This document shows, one piece after another, positions 24,970 to 37,760 of a stretch of 64,000 nt of DNA (position 1 is its first letter; each line of letters begins with the position of its first letter). This stretch comes from Lama guanicoe (Eukaryota). The notes under the pieces were generated by a model. That model did no database searches. It was not told where the DNA came from and saw only the letters and a program-made list of their open reading frames with translations. A program made the position numbers and the translations under genes. The stretch spans positions 189,238-253,237 of the forward strand of contig MU054129.1 in assembly GCA_013239625.1 (NCBI GenBank), given 5' to 3'.

Positions 24970-25165
24970 GAGCACCTCCCTGCACCCCTACACCCCTGCA
25001 ACCCCTGCAGCCCCTGTACTGCATGCACTCTTGAACCTCTGCACGCCCTGCACTCCTGCACCCCTGCATTCCCTGAGCGCCTGAACTGTTTGCACCCTCC
25101 ACAGCCCGTGTGTCCCTGGCACAACTTTCACCTTGCACCACCTACACCTCTGCACCCCTGCATGT
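24970..25165. repeat. Degenerate minisatellite of about 8-9 bp CCCTGCAC units
   Basis: cctgcacccctacacccctgcaacccctgcagcccctgtactgcatgcac...ctctgcacgccctgcactcctgcacccctgca. Confidence 0.75.
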
Positions 25166-25769
25166 CCCACACACCACCTCTTGGGCCTGTGGCAGAGCCT
25201 CTGCTGTTGCACCAGCGTGCAGGGGCTCATATCCTTGCCAGTACATGATGCCTCAGTGGACCTCTGGGGTTGTCTGCCAGAAAGTATGTTCCCTGTCACT
25301 AGGCTGGGCCACTAGGGTGACCTCTGTGACGTCACCAAGGACGGGCTCAGAGATGCTGTTCTCTGGGAAGAGAGGAGTTGAAACCACTCTTGAGGGCAGA
25401 GCTGTGCTCCCCAGGCCGTCCACGCTTCATGTTTTACACAGGACTTCACGGAAGTGAAATGGACCTGGCCAAGTAAGGCTTGCTGTGCGCCCACCTCAGT
25501 CCTGGGCTCTGAAGCAGACAGGCTGGCTCCCACACTCAGGGCCCAGTTTGGGCACCTGAATGGTCCCTTGGAGGCATCCCATCAGTTCTCAGGAAGAAGT
25601 CTGGCTGCTTCCACCCCATCGCCCTCCCTCCCACTGTGCTGGCCTCAGGAAATTTCCTTATTTGGGGAAGAAGGTAGCCCACCCCCTACCCCACCCCTCA
25701 CCGTGTTCTCACTCATGCTGGTGCTCTCTCTGGGCATCAGAGTCTGGGAAGCCATCCCTCTTCATTTAT

Positions 25770-26690
25770 GTCTCTTCTGAGATGGACTTGCTTCCATTAA
25801 ATACTAGGCGAGGATGCAAAGTGGGGTGCCCTGGGTAAGAGAACCAAAATAAATAGATTCTTCTGTGAGATTTTCTATTTATCTCCTGGGACTGGGATGT
25901 GTGAAGTTTGCTACAGCTATTGGTGTGAGAGGCTAAAGCCACCTGTGTGTCCTTGTTTTCATCTCCCCGCTGTTTTGGGGTTTTCCCCAGACACTGTTGA
26001 GACATTTACTTCTTTTAGTTTTATTCCTGTCATTACACAGGGGCCCTACTGACATGAAGGTAAGGTGTTGGGGGAGCAGCACAGAGCAGGACATCTGTAG
26101 TCCTGTGATTAATTCTCATTGAGCCTGTGCCCTAAGCTGTGACCTCCACAAGTGTGTCTCTTTCTCCCCAGCCCAATTTGGGTGACACGGAAGGGATTTC
26201 CCTTCCCCCAGTTTGGTTAGGCTCTGGTAAAATAATTTCTCATTAAAAAAAAAATTACCAAAATGAAACAGAATGTTCTGGGTGTATTTCAATAGAGTTA
26301 TTTTCTCCTTTCCAGGTATGAAGCATGAGGTGTTTTTCTCTGACCTTCATTCTGAGAACAGAGCACGGTCCTGGAGGTAAAATGCATGAAAAAGAGCATG
26401 GGGCCCCTCTGACTGGCCCCCTGGAGTTGTCACACTCAGACTTCCCCACGTTGAGCCTCCCGTTGGCCTCAGGGAACTGTTAAATCTGCCTGCCCCCGGG
26501 GTTCTTACAAAAGCGGGTTCTGCCCTGGGAGCTGTGACTCTCCAAGCCTGCCCGGCTGCCTCTCTGGGTTGGGAGCAGTTTTTCCCCTCAGTTTTCTGGA
26601 ATCTAAGAAGCGCAGTGTGTTTGCAGCTCCCTCAGCTCTGGTGTTGTTTTCAGGACAGAAGGAGCAACTTCTGAGCTCCACACGAGATGG
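25770..26690 (-). mobile_element. Ancient L1 5' region (L1M4/L1MD-like)
   Basis: cagtttggttaggctctggtaaaataatttctc, cagaatgttctgggtgtatttcaa and ctcagttttctggaatctaagaag resemble recalled antisense old-L1 5' ends. Confidence 0.5.
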
Positions 26691-27535
26691 ACCAGAGGCT
26701 GCAATCCTCCCCTCTCTGCCTCCGTGCAATCAGTGGCTGTGGTTCTAGCGGAGTTTCTGAAGATGTGGATTTAAACACACACATCCCAGCCCCCACAGGA
26801 GCACACAGTCCCATAAATCCCCCCAGTTTCCACTGGTAACTACGGAGCCAATGGGGACACGGGTTTCGGGACCACAGAGGCCTGACTGCACGACTTGCTC
26901 CGTGGCCTATTAACGTGGTTGCTCTGGGCCTTGTCTGAAGTGGCTTGCTTACCGCACCTGGTACATGGGAAACACAAATAAGTACTAGAACCTTCACTTT
27001 TTCTCCCTCCAGGGCCTTCAAACGTAGAAAGTAATAAGTGAACTCAGACAGCCTAGTCACCACAATGAGGTCCGTCCAGCCCGGCTCTCCTGAGTGATGG
27101 GCACTGACTTGCACCTTAACTCGGAACAGTAGGGGAACTGCCTTCCTCTAACTGGGCCTCTCCCCACACCAGGCACGCCCGCAGCTCAGACGGGGCCAGC
27201 TCCCCAACTGAGGTGTGTGCTGGTGGCTTCAGTGTGACCTGGCCCTGCCGGGACATGAACCTGCAGTGAGTGAGGTGGAGGGTCGGGTGGAGGGGGGTCC
27301 CTTCTGGGGTGGCAGGGGGCCTGGTAGCACCCCACCTGGCCTGGTGCCTGGGACTCCCTAACACCTCCTACACCTCCTGGGTTGGCTCTAGTCCTGGCCA
27401 CTCCGCACACCCTCCCAGTATCTTTTCATTAAGTCCCTTTTCTGCTTTTATCAGCCAGAGGTGGCTTCCGTTGCTTGTTAAGTGAAACAGTGCATCGGGA
27501 AACCAGACTGTTTCTAACATCAGTAAAATACCAAC

Positions 27536-28862
27536 CTCGGTCAGCTCGCCGGGCAGACCGTGCTGCACAGAGGCCTGCACAGGGCTGTGCCAACGGCTTA
27601 CGTGAAGGGTCCTCATCATCTGTCTTCAGAGATACAGAAGCTGGTGGTTCAGGTAGAACCTCATGGAGGGATTGAGGAATCCAACGCTGGTTGGTTTCAA
27701 AGGCTAACCGGTCAGACCAGACCCTTGAGCTGTGGTCAGAAGCCTGGCTCAATGTCACGCAGACTCAGTGCCCTAAGTGCTGGGTGGGGCCGGTGCTGTT
27801 CCCTTTACAGGCTCTCCTTGAGGAGTCACTGCAGCCCCTTACACTCAGCAGGGAATCCAGCCCTCTTATCCCCCACCCTGAATGTTCCATGACACAAATC
27901 CTGGGAATGTTTCATTTTCATCTTTGTTTAGGAGGATGAAGGAGGGGCAAGAGGAGACATAAATTCACACTTAGTGACACCAAGTCACAGCCAGTACCTC
28001 CTCCTCGGAGAGCTATGTGCTCCCACAGTGGTGGCTGGGGGGCTGGGCAGAGCCCCTCCACTGGTCCCAGAGGGACTCACTCCTCTGGCTGCAACGGATG
28101 GGTTGGACAACTAATCCAGAGGGGATAGAGCATCTTTCCTGGGAATTTGGAACTGACACATAGAAATCAAGTTCACTCATCTGGGGATTGGGAGGAGGGT
28201 GGGAATCAAATGAAACCAGAGCAGAAGAGAAAGTTACAAGTGAATGAGAGAGAGACCGAGAGACTGAGCTTGTGAGAGCAAATAGTGGGAAGGAAGGAAA
28301 ACAATCAGGGGACAGAGGAATTCCAGCTCCTAGCATTCTAGTCTGTCCCAGCCCATCAACGACCCTGGGGGATTGTTAACATCATTCCAGTTTTGCAGAT
28401 TAGGAAACAGGCTAAAAGAGATGGGGGTTGGCTTCGGATGCACAGTTAATTTAAATGCCGCTGGACCCCTCACTTCCCACTGCCTGAAGGCACCGTAATC
28501 CTCACAGGGACCCTGCTGTGCTGACAGCCCAGCACCCTGGTCAAAGGGCCCCTGTGGGAGTGGGAACCCCTCTAAGTGTGGAGAGTTCCCTGCACCGAGA
28601 TGCCATGCATCAGCCGGCTCCCGCTCACCCCAGGTTAACGTCTCCCCAGCTGTGCAGTCTCCCGTCCCACTTTCCTCCCTGCCAGGCACCCCCGTCCTTA
28701 CCACCGAGTGTACGGCAGGAATTCAGGCACAGGGATGCCCAAAGCAACACGAGCCCACCGGCTGTACAAACAGCAGAATCCCAGCCCCACCTGGGCTCCA
28801 TGGGGATAGTAGGTGTCCTCACCTTTCATGTATCGAAGGCAATCTGCTTCTTCAGCTGGAGG
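27536..28862 (-). other. Two candidate exons of an unidentified gene (28862-28823, 40 nt; 27619-27536, 84 nt)
   Basis: ttttatttttctctatag|cctccagc...atgaaag|gtgagg and gacag|atgatgagg...accgag|gttggt. One spliced frame is open: PPAEEADCLRYMK-DDEDPSRKPLAQPCAGLCAARSARRADR. Confidence 0.3.
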
Positions 28863-29534
28863 CTATAGAGAAAAATAAAAGGCCCAAAACATAGTTCAGT
28901 GAGGAATTCCTCCAAGGACCTGACTCCAGAGTCTACAATCAGGCTTGCTGGCCGCTCCTATCCCCGGACTTGGGGTGAAGTGGTCAGCCCACCCCCGGTG
29001 GCCCAGCTCCTCGGCTTGGCTGCCCAGAGGGGGCTGGGGGAATGGGCAAGGCCAGGGCACTCAGGAAGAGCACAGAGGCCCTGTCTTCTCCCCTCCACAC
29101 TTGTAAACCCTTCCCCAAATCTCAAGGCATCGAACAGAGAGCAGCCACAATAAGGAGATGCTCCCATCTCTTCACTCACTCATGTCTGTTCACTTACGTG
29201 CTGAGCATCCACTGGGTCCCAGGACATGACACACAGGATGGCCGATGGGACAGGCTTGGTCCTTCTTCCTGGACCCTGTTCAAGCTGATGGAAGAATGAT
29301 CACTCATAAAACGTTTCTCAAAAGGATACATAGACCAAAGACAAACTGCAGAGTGAATCAAATTTAAAAATATATATGAAGATCCCCCAGTCTCCCCGCC
29401 TAAGGTTAACAGCATAAAGCAAAAAGATCTTGCCTTTGATCACCAAGGAAGCTGTCACCCCCTCTCAGGAGGCAAGGAGAGTTATTCTTTGAGCAGGACA
29501 CAGAAGTGCTCCATCGGATTGGACCAGGGCCTCT

Positions 29535-31960
29535 GCATTCATTCAGCAAATGTGTATAAGCTCCTACTACATATGGGAATCTAGTAACTAGACCTGTTCC
29601 CAAGGGTCTTGGGCTTTATTAGTCAACAAAATAGACACGACTCCCCATCACTGGGGGCTGAGAGTTTTAGCAGAGGAAACAGGCAGCATGTTGGGGGTAA
29701 CAAGAGCTTGGGGAAAGAAAAGAGTAATATGAGCAAACTCAGGTGATGGCGGTGGGGTGGGAGGCAGGAGGGAATAAGGCAATCCTGGCAGATCTCACGG
29801 AGTAATGAACTTGAAGCAGAATAGATCCGGATGAAGAAGGAAGAGCCGAAGCCAGAGACCCCCAGAGTGAGGGCGAGAGTGTGGGTTGAGGGGCAGAGCA
29901 TGCCATGTCCTGGAGGCCTTTGTGACAACTTTGGCTCCTAATGAATTGGTGACCCTTTTAGTGAGTTATGATGGGATGGGTGATGTACTCCAATTTATGC
30001 TTTTGTTTTGGTTTTTTTGGGGGGGGGAGAGTAATTTATTTATTTTAATGAAGTTGCTGGGGATTGAACCCAGGATCTCATGCATGCTAAGCATGCGCTC
30101 TACAACTGAGCTGCACCCACCCCCTCAATGTATGCTTTTAAAGTCTCCCTCTGACTCTATGTGGATGAGAGATTGTAGAAAAGCAAAGGTGGAAGGAGGC
30201 TATTTGGTGTCCAGGAAGGGGCTGAAACTGGCTCCTAGGAGGACAGGGAGCAGGGAGTAGGTGGTTAATGAAGACAGAGTAGCCAGAATTTTCTAACAAG
30301 CTAGATTTGCTGTGTGTGTGTGTAAGAGAAAGAGCGAGAAAGGACATGGTTCCAACATCTGGGCCTGGACAATGGAAAGGATGCCCTCTCTATCCACAGG
30401 GGATGGGACAAGTTGGGGCTGAGCAGGTGGAAAGGGGCTGGAATCAGCTCAGTTCTTCAATATCATGGTTAAGGGGTCTGCTAGATATTGCCACAGAAAT
30501 GCCTAATAGGTAGAGGAGTCTGGGTTTTATTTTCTTTTTAACATTGAAAATATATAATTTAAATGTATTAATTGTATTATGTGAATGAATTTGGGATTTT
30601 GTTTCATGCCAATCTATATGTTATATACAGCCAAATGGAAAATATATCAGAAAAGGGGAGAAATGAGGGCTTTCACATAAACTGACCATCCATAATGTAG
30701 GTAAAATTTCAATAAAACCAGTCTTCAGTGCAAAAACCTCATCTCAGTGTTACATAAAAATAAAAAAAGGACTATGTTGATGTATCATTATTTCATGTTA
30801 CATAATAGCCCCAAACATACTGTTTAACTATGAGTCTTGTAGAAATATTATTCATTTTATTCACATAAATACAGAAATGCAGAAAGGTTCTAAGTTAGAA
30901 TAAGCATCTTAGTGGAAATAATAGGGATCTGAGTATTTTACATGATATATATGGACTGATTCAAAATTTGGATAAGTAATTTACATAGTAGAATATAGGT
31001 ATGAATGTGAAAGCAAGATGAATAAAAGAAAAAGAATATGAGTCTCAGGGAGAGAGGTCCAGATGGAAAGGGCAAATCAGGGAGTTTTGGACAAATCAAG
31101 AAATTGATGGCATGTCAATTTCCAAGGCTGGCTGCTTCCACCAAATGTATAGCAGAGAGATAGAGGAGAGACCCAGGACCCAACTTTGGGGCACAACCAC
31201 AGTAAGTGTTTGGAAAAAGAAGGAGACTTTGGCAAAGGACCAGCCAGTGGACCAAAAGGACAGTGATGGGCTGGAGGCCAAGTAAAGCAGGAACATGGGG
31301 GAGGAGGGATGGAAGAGCTGGGTCAAATGCTGCCAAAGGGCCACGCATTATGAAGACTAAAAACTGACCATTATATTTAGCAACGTGAGGTCACTGATGG
31401 CCTTGGCAGAGCAGTTTCCATAGAGCAAGGGATCAGGGGAAAAGCCAGAGCAGGTGTAAAAGGGGATGGCCCAGGAGAAGATGCAGACAGTGAATTTAAA
31501 CTTCTCCTTAAAGATTTGCTGCAAAGACATGGGGTGGCAATTGGTGGGGGTGAATTATGGTCAAGGAGGGCTGTTTGTTTCTTTTAAGAGGATGAACTTT
31601 TATATACTGAGAGGAGCCAACTAGAAGGAGAACAAAATAGTTGAGGTAGTGAGAGAGAGGATGGTTGTGGGAGTGACAGCCCGGAGAAGATGGGAGGGAT
31701 GGGCCTCCCAGCGACTTTTGGAGGAACTGGCTTTCAAAGTCACCTGTAATGAGAGGTGGGGCAGCGAGAGTGAGGTCACAGACATCAGAAGGCGAGCGCA
31801 TGTGCTGGAAGTTGCTGGTGAAAGTTCTCTTCTGTTGGCTTCAGTTTACTTGGTCAAAGTAGAAAAGTAAACTTACCAGCTGAGGAACGAGGAGGAAGAG
31901 TTACTGGAGTCATGAGCAGAAGATACAAAAGAGCCTTCAGGGAGACTGGGACAGTGAAAA
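29535..31960 (-). mobile_element. L2 LINE, split by a SINE (30001-30126) and an AT-rich insert (about 30523-31035)
   Basis: 3' end cattcattcagcaaatgtgtataagctcctact; internal gagtctcagggagagaggtcc, ggtcaaatgctgccaaaggg, tttagcaacgtgaggtcactgatggccttggcagagcagtttc. Confidence 0.8.
30001..30126 (-). mobile_element. tRNA-derived SINE (camelid Vic-1-like)
   Basis: ctggggattgaacccaggatctcatgcatgctaagcatgcgctctacaactgagct preceded by a T-rich tail. Confidence 0.88.
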
Positions 31961-32559
31961 GAGCAGAGGGAGACAGGGGGAGTGTGCTCTCAGAAAGTTA
32001 CATTTTATCTTTGAGGTCCTCAAGTGTGTGATGTGTGATTGCCCTTCCTGCTGTCTACAAAACAAAAATTGAGTATGGTTCAGGGAAAATGCTATTTCAT
32101 CCTAACAGGATGCCTGTTTCTCAGGAATGGTCATCCTAAACTGCAAACATTACAAAAAATGTTGAAAAGGTGAACTTGTGTATCTAAAGAACAACTATTT
32201 TCTATAAATCTGGTTACTATTTAGTTCCCCTATCAATAACACATAACCGATACTGCCTAGGATGGAGGTACATCGATGCTTAAAAGGAAATGAGATCTGT
32301 ATCCTTTTCCTAAACTCCATGGCTCCCTTAATATCCAGTTCCTCTTGGAATTTAGGGATGACCAGTATAAGAAGGGAGAAGCAGTTTGAGAAAATCCCGG
32401 CTCAGAATTACACAGCACAATCTCAGCTCAGAAATATACAGGCATAAGAGGTTTTAGAAGCAAAACTCCATGACTACTCTTAAAGACTTTTGCATACCTG
32501 GGTCTGCCCAGATGTTTCCAAACTGGAAAGGTACTCCAATCACTTGACCGGTATGGGAA

Positions 32560-32700
32560 CCAGAGGCTGGTCAGCCTTTTCTGTAAAAGCCAGAGAGTAA
32601 ATATTTTCAGTTTTGCAGATCATTTTGTTGTAACCATGCAGGTCTGCAATAAGAAAGCTAAGAGCACTGGGAGACAGGAAACAAATGGGCATGCCCACAC
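32560..32700. mobile_element. MER58A-like DNA transposon remnant
   Basis: cagaggctggtcagccttttctgtaaaagccagagagtaaatattttcagttttgcag...acaaatgggcatg. Confidence 0.6.
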
Positions 32701-35700
32701 CCTCCCTTCCACTCAGGGCAGCTTCTCTGTGGTGGGGAGCTTTGCCACAATGACTTGTTGCTTTGTTTCCATTGGTCTCTTTGTTTCCACCTTACTGCTC
32801 AAGCTCAGAACTTCAAGTGAGACTGGTCCTTCAGCATCCATGCAGACAGAAGGCTGAGCGGGGGTGGGGATCCCACCTGACATAGAAGAGAGATGGCTTG
32901 TCACCATGACATGAGACAATCACACCTTCCGGGGTGAAAGGGAACAAAGGCAAGGGAGGGACACTTCAGTGGGACCCCTGGGTCACCTGCCAGGCTTGCT
33001 CTTCCTCCACGGCCACCCTGGGGGCCTGGGGGGTGTTGGGCTTCAGCTACAGTGATTAAGCTGAGGGGACTCATGATAAAGGACCCTCCACCTCCTCACC
33101 GGGTTTCAAACGCAGCCTCTCTAAGTCTACCCTCTGAGTTTCTGGAATTCAGCTGGAAGAATACATGAGCAGGCCAGACCCAGAGCCCAAGCCAAACACG
33201 ACAGGGGTCACGTGGGGTTGTAACCCCGTGCTCAGTGGTCGGGGACTCCTTGCAAATCTGCCGAAGTCCCAGTGCTGCCTCATTCCCAGGAGGAACCGCT
33301 TAACTCCTCCTGCTCTCTCTGTTCTTCTCTTGAGGCTATTTTCCAGGAGGGATGCAGAGTCCTTGAACCTGGCCCTCCAAACGTAAATAAGCAGCCTGTT
33401 CAATAAAACAAATTATGCACTTTTTGACATTTGCCAGTGTTTTAATTCCAAAAAGGCTGCGGGACTCATTCTCACTGTCTCCTACGCCCCCAACACTTGG
33501 TGGCCCTCTGCTCATGAAACACAATTTCCCACAACTGCACCCTGCCTCCCAGCTTGTCAGAGGGGAGTGTTCCACAAAGACACAGGTGTTTGCAAGGTTC
33601 CTGTTCCCAAGCAGAATGCCTGCTCCTGGAGCTGCAGACAGGGATCTGGCCTCCTGAGCCGCTCAGCTCTAATTCAAAGCCTAAACTGGGGACCCCGAAC
33701 ATTGCTGAATGACTTTCTGAGTCACCTGGGCTGGAGGGGCCTGATTTTTCTTTCCAGGAATGGATGTAACGCAGCCTCCATTTTGAGGGCTGACTTCCAA
33801 GCTGAATCTAGTTCCCTGCAGGAAGGAGAGGCCCTTCCATCCCACAGCTTGGAAACCCAGCCGACGGGAGTTCTGAAGCACCGCATCGCTGCCAGGTCCA
33901 GCATCCCTGCAGAGTAGCCCCTGCCCCTGAATGAGCCCCCTCCCTGGGCCTTCCCTGCCCTGACACGACCACATCCCAGACTGTGCCGAGCTCCGGGGCT
34001 CTGTGTGTCCAGGGCACAAAGACGGGACCAGAGCCAGGTGCCCACTGGGCCCCAAGGGGGAGAGGTCTGCCTCTGCATCAGGGGGAGGTGACCCCACATG
34101 GCTGGCAGGACAGTGCTTCACCGCGTTCTCACTATGGACCTCCAGGAGCCCTGGGAGCAGTTTCCCTGCAGGTGTTAGGAGCCATCATCAGGAGGGCAGG
34201 CCCCTCTTTGGGCAGACCATCAGTGCTGGGCCCACGTGCTGACCACAGGAATCTGCAAGCCCCCAGGAAACCCCCAGGGAGCCTCACAACTTGAGTCACT
34301 TGGTAGCCTGGGTACCACGGGCTCCTTGGCCATCCCATTAATGTGGTCCTGGCAGGCACAGTCTCCAGGTGTTCCTGTTAAGAAATCCTGGGTTTCTGTG
34401 GTCACAAAGCCCACACCAGAAGGTTCCCATCCTGCAGTGACTCCCACAGCAGTCAGCTCCCCTGTGCATGTCCAGGGACAAATGACAGGACTTTATTGAT
34501 GGGAATCATGATGAACAAGGGGATAGGATTCCATACTAAGTCCAGGATCCTGGTAACTCACTCTGCACTCCAAAAAGCATCCATGAGAAATATGTGTGTT
34601 GGGGTGTCTTCACCCCCAGGAGAGCTGTTTCTCAGGGGTCCTGGGACCCTCTAACCCCTCTCAGGGTTCTCAGAGCTTGGGTCTAAATTTCCATCTCACT
34701 CCTTGGGTGGACGACTGCCCGTGTCTCATGGTCAGGGGTCACTTTATTGCACGACTTGGCATGTTCTCAGTGCCCATCCTCCTCCCCTGCACCTGACCCC
34801 TGAGATGTTCCTACTGACCTTTGGCACCTTGTTTTGGGCCAGGTGGCCCTAAGGCTGCCCCTTCCCTCTCCTCCTCTGCCCCCACCCCTGGGGCCACTCT
34901 CAAGAGGGCTGGAAGTTTTATATAAATGAGTCCCACCTGTGGACACAACTGGAAAAAGAAGGGCCCCCCTCAGGAAGCACTTCTGCTCCCTTCTCTGAAG
35001 AGGACCCCACAGCCCCACACCACCTCCTGGGGGTCTGCTCAGGACAGTCCCCCAGTTCTGGGCAAGGCATCTACCTGGAATCCTTGCTTCCGGAACAGTC
35101 TCTCTCTCTTCAGAGTTTAGAGTTGTTTCCGTGTCCCTGCCCACCAGGGTGCCCAGCACGGAAACTTCAGAGACCTGGGGAGACAAAGAAGAGATATGGC
35201 CCCAGGTCTCACAGGACATATCTGCTGGGACCCCAGGCCAAAGGGCTGTCCTCCTCCCTTCTCAGGTGTGGATTCTTCGGTTCTTTTTGCAGGGAGCCTG
35301 ACTGGGCAGTGGGGCCCAGAGCAGTTCTTGGGGGCTGCCTGGGCAGGGAAGATTTGGGACATGTGGCCTTGCCTGGTTGCCCTGCTAGGCCAGCTCTGAA
35401 AACCCCCACTCCTCTGGCTGTGGCTGGAGGCTCCCCAAGCCTCAGGGTGGACCTGTTTCTCTGCACCTTTACTGCCTCTGAAGCTGAGCTGGCGTGAGCA
35501 AAGAGCTCTCTTACCCTCTTGTGGTCAAGATGCCACAGGTGGATGCTGCGGGCAGCTGGAGGGAAAGGTAGCACTTGTTCAGATGTGAGTGGTTAGGCAA
35601 CTTGACACTCTGTCAACTAGCTTTAAACATTGTAAAGGGGACCTTCACGGGAAAGATGGAAGTTACTTTCAGTTATTTGTCTCAAGATTTTTTTTCCTTA

Positions 35701-37079
35701 AAGATTCATAAAACCTCTCCCAGGTCATTCCTGGAAAGGACCATAATCCAGGGATCAGTCAGAAAATGCAGGAGGAGAGGAGTAGGGGAGGGGAGATCAG
35801 AGCCCACAGGAGGAGATGCCCCTTCCTGGGGTCACACACTGGGCAGTGGCTGCTGGCACCCAGTGAGGCTCTCCTGTTCTCAGACCCTTTTCATCTGGGG
35901 GGTGTTTCCAAAAGAAACAATGGTGGAAGGGCCGTGGAGGACACCTAGACCTTCCAGAATGAAGAGCGGGAGCAGAGTCAACATGCTGGCCCTGGGCTCT
36001 GGAGCCGGACCAGCAATGGAGACCAAAGATCTTGCAAGAAGTGACTCCCAGCATGTTCGGAGCTGTTTTGGGCTCTGTCCCAGCTGGAGGGTGCAACCTT
36101 CAACCTCCAGCAGGAGAGGTGAGACCCCAAGGTGGTGTTGCCTTTATTAGGGAACAGTGATCTTTGGTTGTGGGATATTTTGTGGCTCTCTCTAAAAACT
36201 GCTTTGGCTTCAGTTTGCATCCCAGTCACCGGTTCCAGGGCAACAAAAAAGCATACCCTGCATCCCTTTTCACTCACATCTTCCCAAAAGAGCAAATATT
36301 TGCCCATGAAAATACCAGCTGCTCTTCTAAGGCCCCTAAATGCCCAGCAGTGTAGGATGTGCACTCAAGCAGGGACAGGAGGAGAGGGGCCAGTGGTATG
36401 GCATGGTCCGGTATGGCAGAGATGCTGTGGGTGCGTGGCAGGGATGGCCATGCAGGGAATCCTGTTTGAAGGGCCTCTGTGCACCCCTGCATTATGGACT
36501 GAGGTTTCATACCAGGAACTACAAAGGCTCCAGGCGCCCTAACGGGTTAAATACCACCCCCACCCTCAGGCTGGAGCTACCAGGAGCTCAGTACCTCTAA
36601 CAGAGACAGTGCCCGGTGTGGGGAAAGGTCACGGGACACTCCGGGGGCAGGGGCGGTGGTACTGAGGAAGGAAGTGGATGCAGTGAAGGGTGGGGAGAGT
36701 AGGGCGCCTTGCTCTGGGGGGAGGGTTCTTGAGGAGACCACAGCATGGCACACACCATCCCCACCCCACACCCCAAATTCCTAGCCCTGCCAACACACAG
36801 ACCACTCTGCACCCTCTCACAGTCGTTCTCCCATGAGGCCGCACCCAGCCCGACATCTGGTACCCCCGCCCAGATGGCCTCCTGTCCTACCTTTCCTCTT
36901 GGGACAGAGTCTGTCTCCTTGGAATCTGTCCAGCAGCATAAATTCAAGGCCCGCAGAGTGCCTGGCGGATCTGCACTTCAGGTGCCCTATCTGGCCAGCC
37001 TTGTGGGCCTGGGGTCAGTCCTCTAGCTTGCCCACCCACAGTCCAGGTCAACGTCCAGTGCAAGCGAAGGCCTAGGAGC

Positions 37080-37760
37080 CCAGGCTAAGACCCGCGTGGG
37101 GGACCGGTGAGGGTGCCCTGCCCCGCTGCCCCTCCCACCGGTGGTAGCCCTACCCAAGCCTCGAGCTGTTGCAATCTGCAGGTGAGGACGTCCGCGAGGC
37201 CCCGCCCACCCCGGCCCCGCCCAGCTCCCCATAAGCCTCGCCCCCGTCCTGGCCACGCCCCAGCCCCCATTGTCTCCACCCGTTCTGTCCCCGGGACAAC
37301 CAGCCTTGGGAGGACGCTCGTCGCAAGCGCTTGGGGAGGGCCCCATGGCATTGCCGTGGCTATGGGCGCCGTGCTCCGCGCGGGCCGGTGTGCGCTTCCA
37401 GGCTGAGGCACGGTCTCTGGTAGCTGTATGCTTACTTGGCGGTGTTTGCTGCTGGAGGCGGCGGCCTTGCCGCAGGCCTCGGCCTCGGGCGACGAGTTCT
37501 GGCATGCTCAGTCTGGCCGACATCCTATCGGGGGCGGTGTCCCACTGACGCTAAACGTGCGTCCGCGCCATCCACGGCCCGGTGGGCAGGGACCGGGGTG
37601 GGGGCGGCGGCTGTGGAGGGTCTGTGGTGCGGCGGAGCGGGTTGGGGGCGGGGAGGCAGGGCTGGGGCAGAGAGTCCGGCTGTCCTCCCCCTCCGGCACT
37701 GAGGCCGGCGGTCCCAGCCACCCAGAGTCCCTAGAAAGGGCAGGCGGAAGGCCCCCCCCT
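37080..37760 (+). promoter_or_regulatory. CpG island = duplicated POFUT2 promoter/exon-1 region
   Basis: Dense CpGs and several GC boxes (ccccgccc, ggggcggg) surrounding the POFUT2 exon-1 homology. Confidence 0.85.
37428..37550 (+). pseudogene. POFUT2: POFUT2-like pseudo-exon 1 (signal-peptide exon); frameshift, TGA, donor mutated
   Basis: MLTWRCLLLEAAALPQASASGDEFWHAQS/ADILSGAVSH*R vs recalled POFUT2 [44 protein letters not shown]. Ends GACG|ctaaac (GT>CT). Start position approximate. Confidence 0.88.

Noticed and set aside
24387..25165. PEG13 imprinted DMR of the TRAPPC9 locus
   Set aside because: PEG13 lies in a much more distal TRAPPC9 intron than the exon 2-7 region copied here, and I see no sequence evidence for it.
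33149..37075. Many 100-190 aa ORFs in the GC-rich block upstream of POFUT2 exon 1
   Set aside because: No recognisable homology or consistent exon structure; explained by stop-codon scarcity at high GC.
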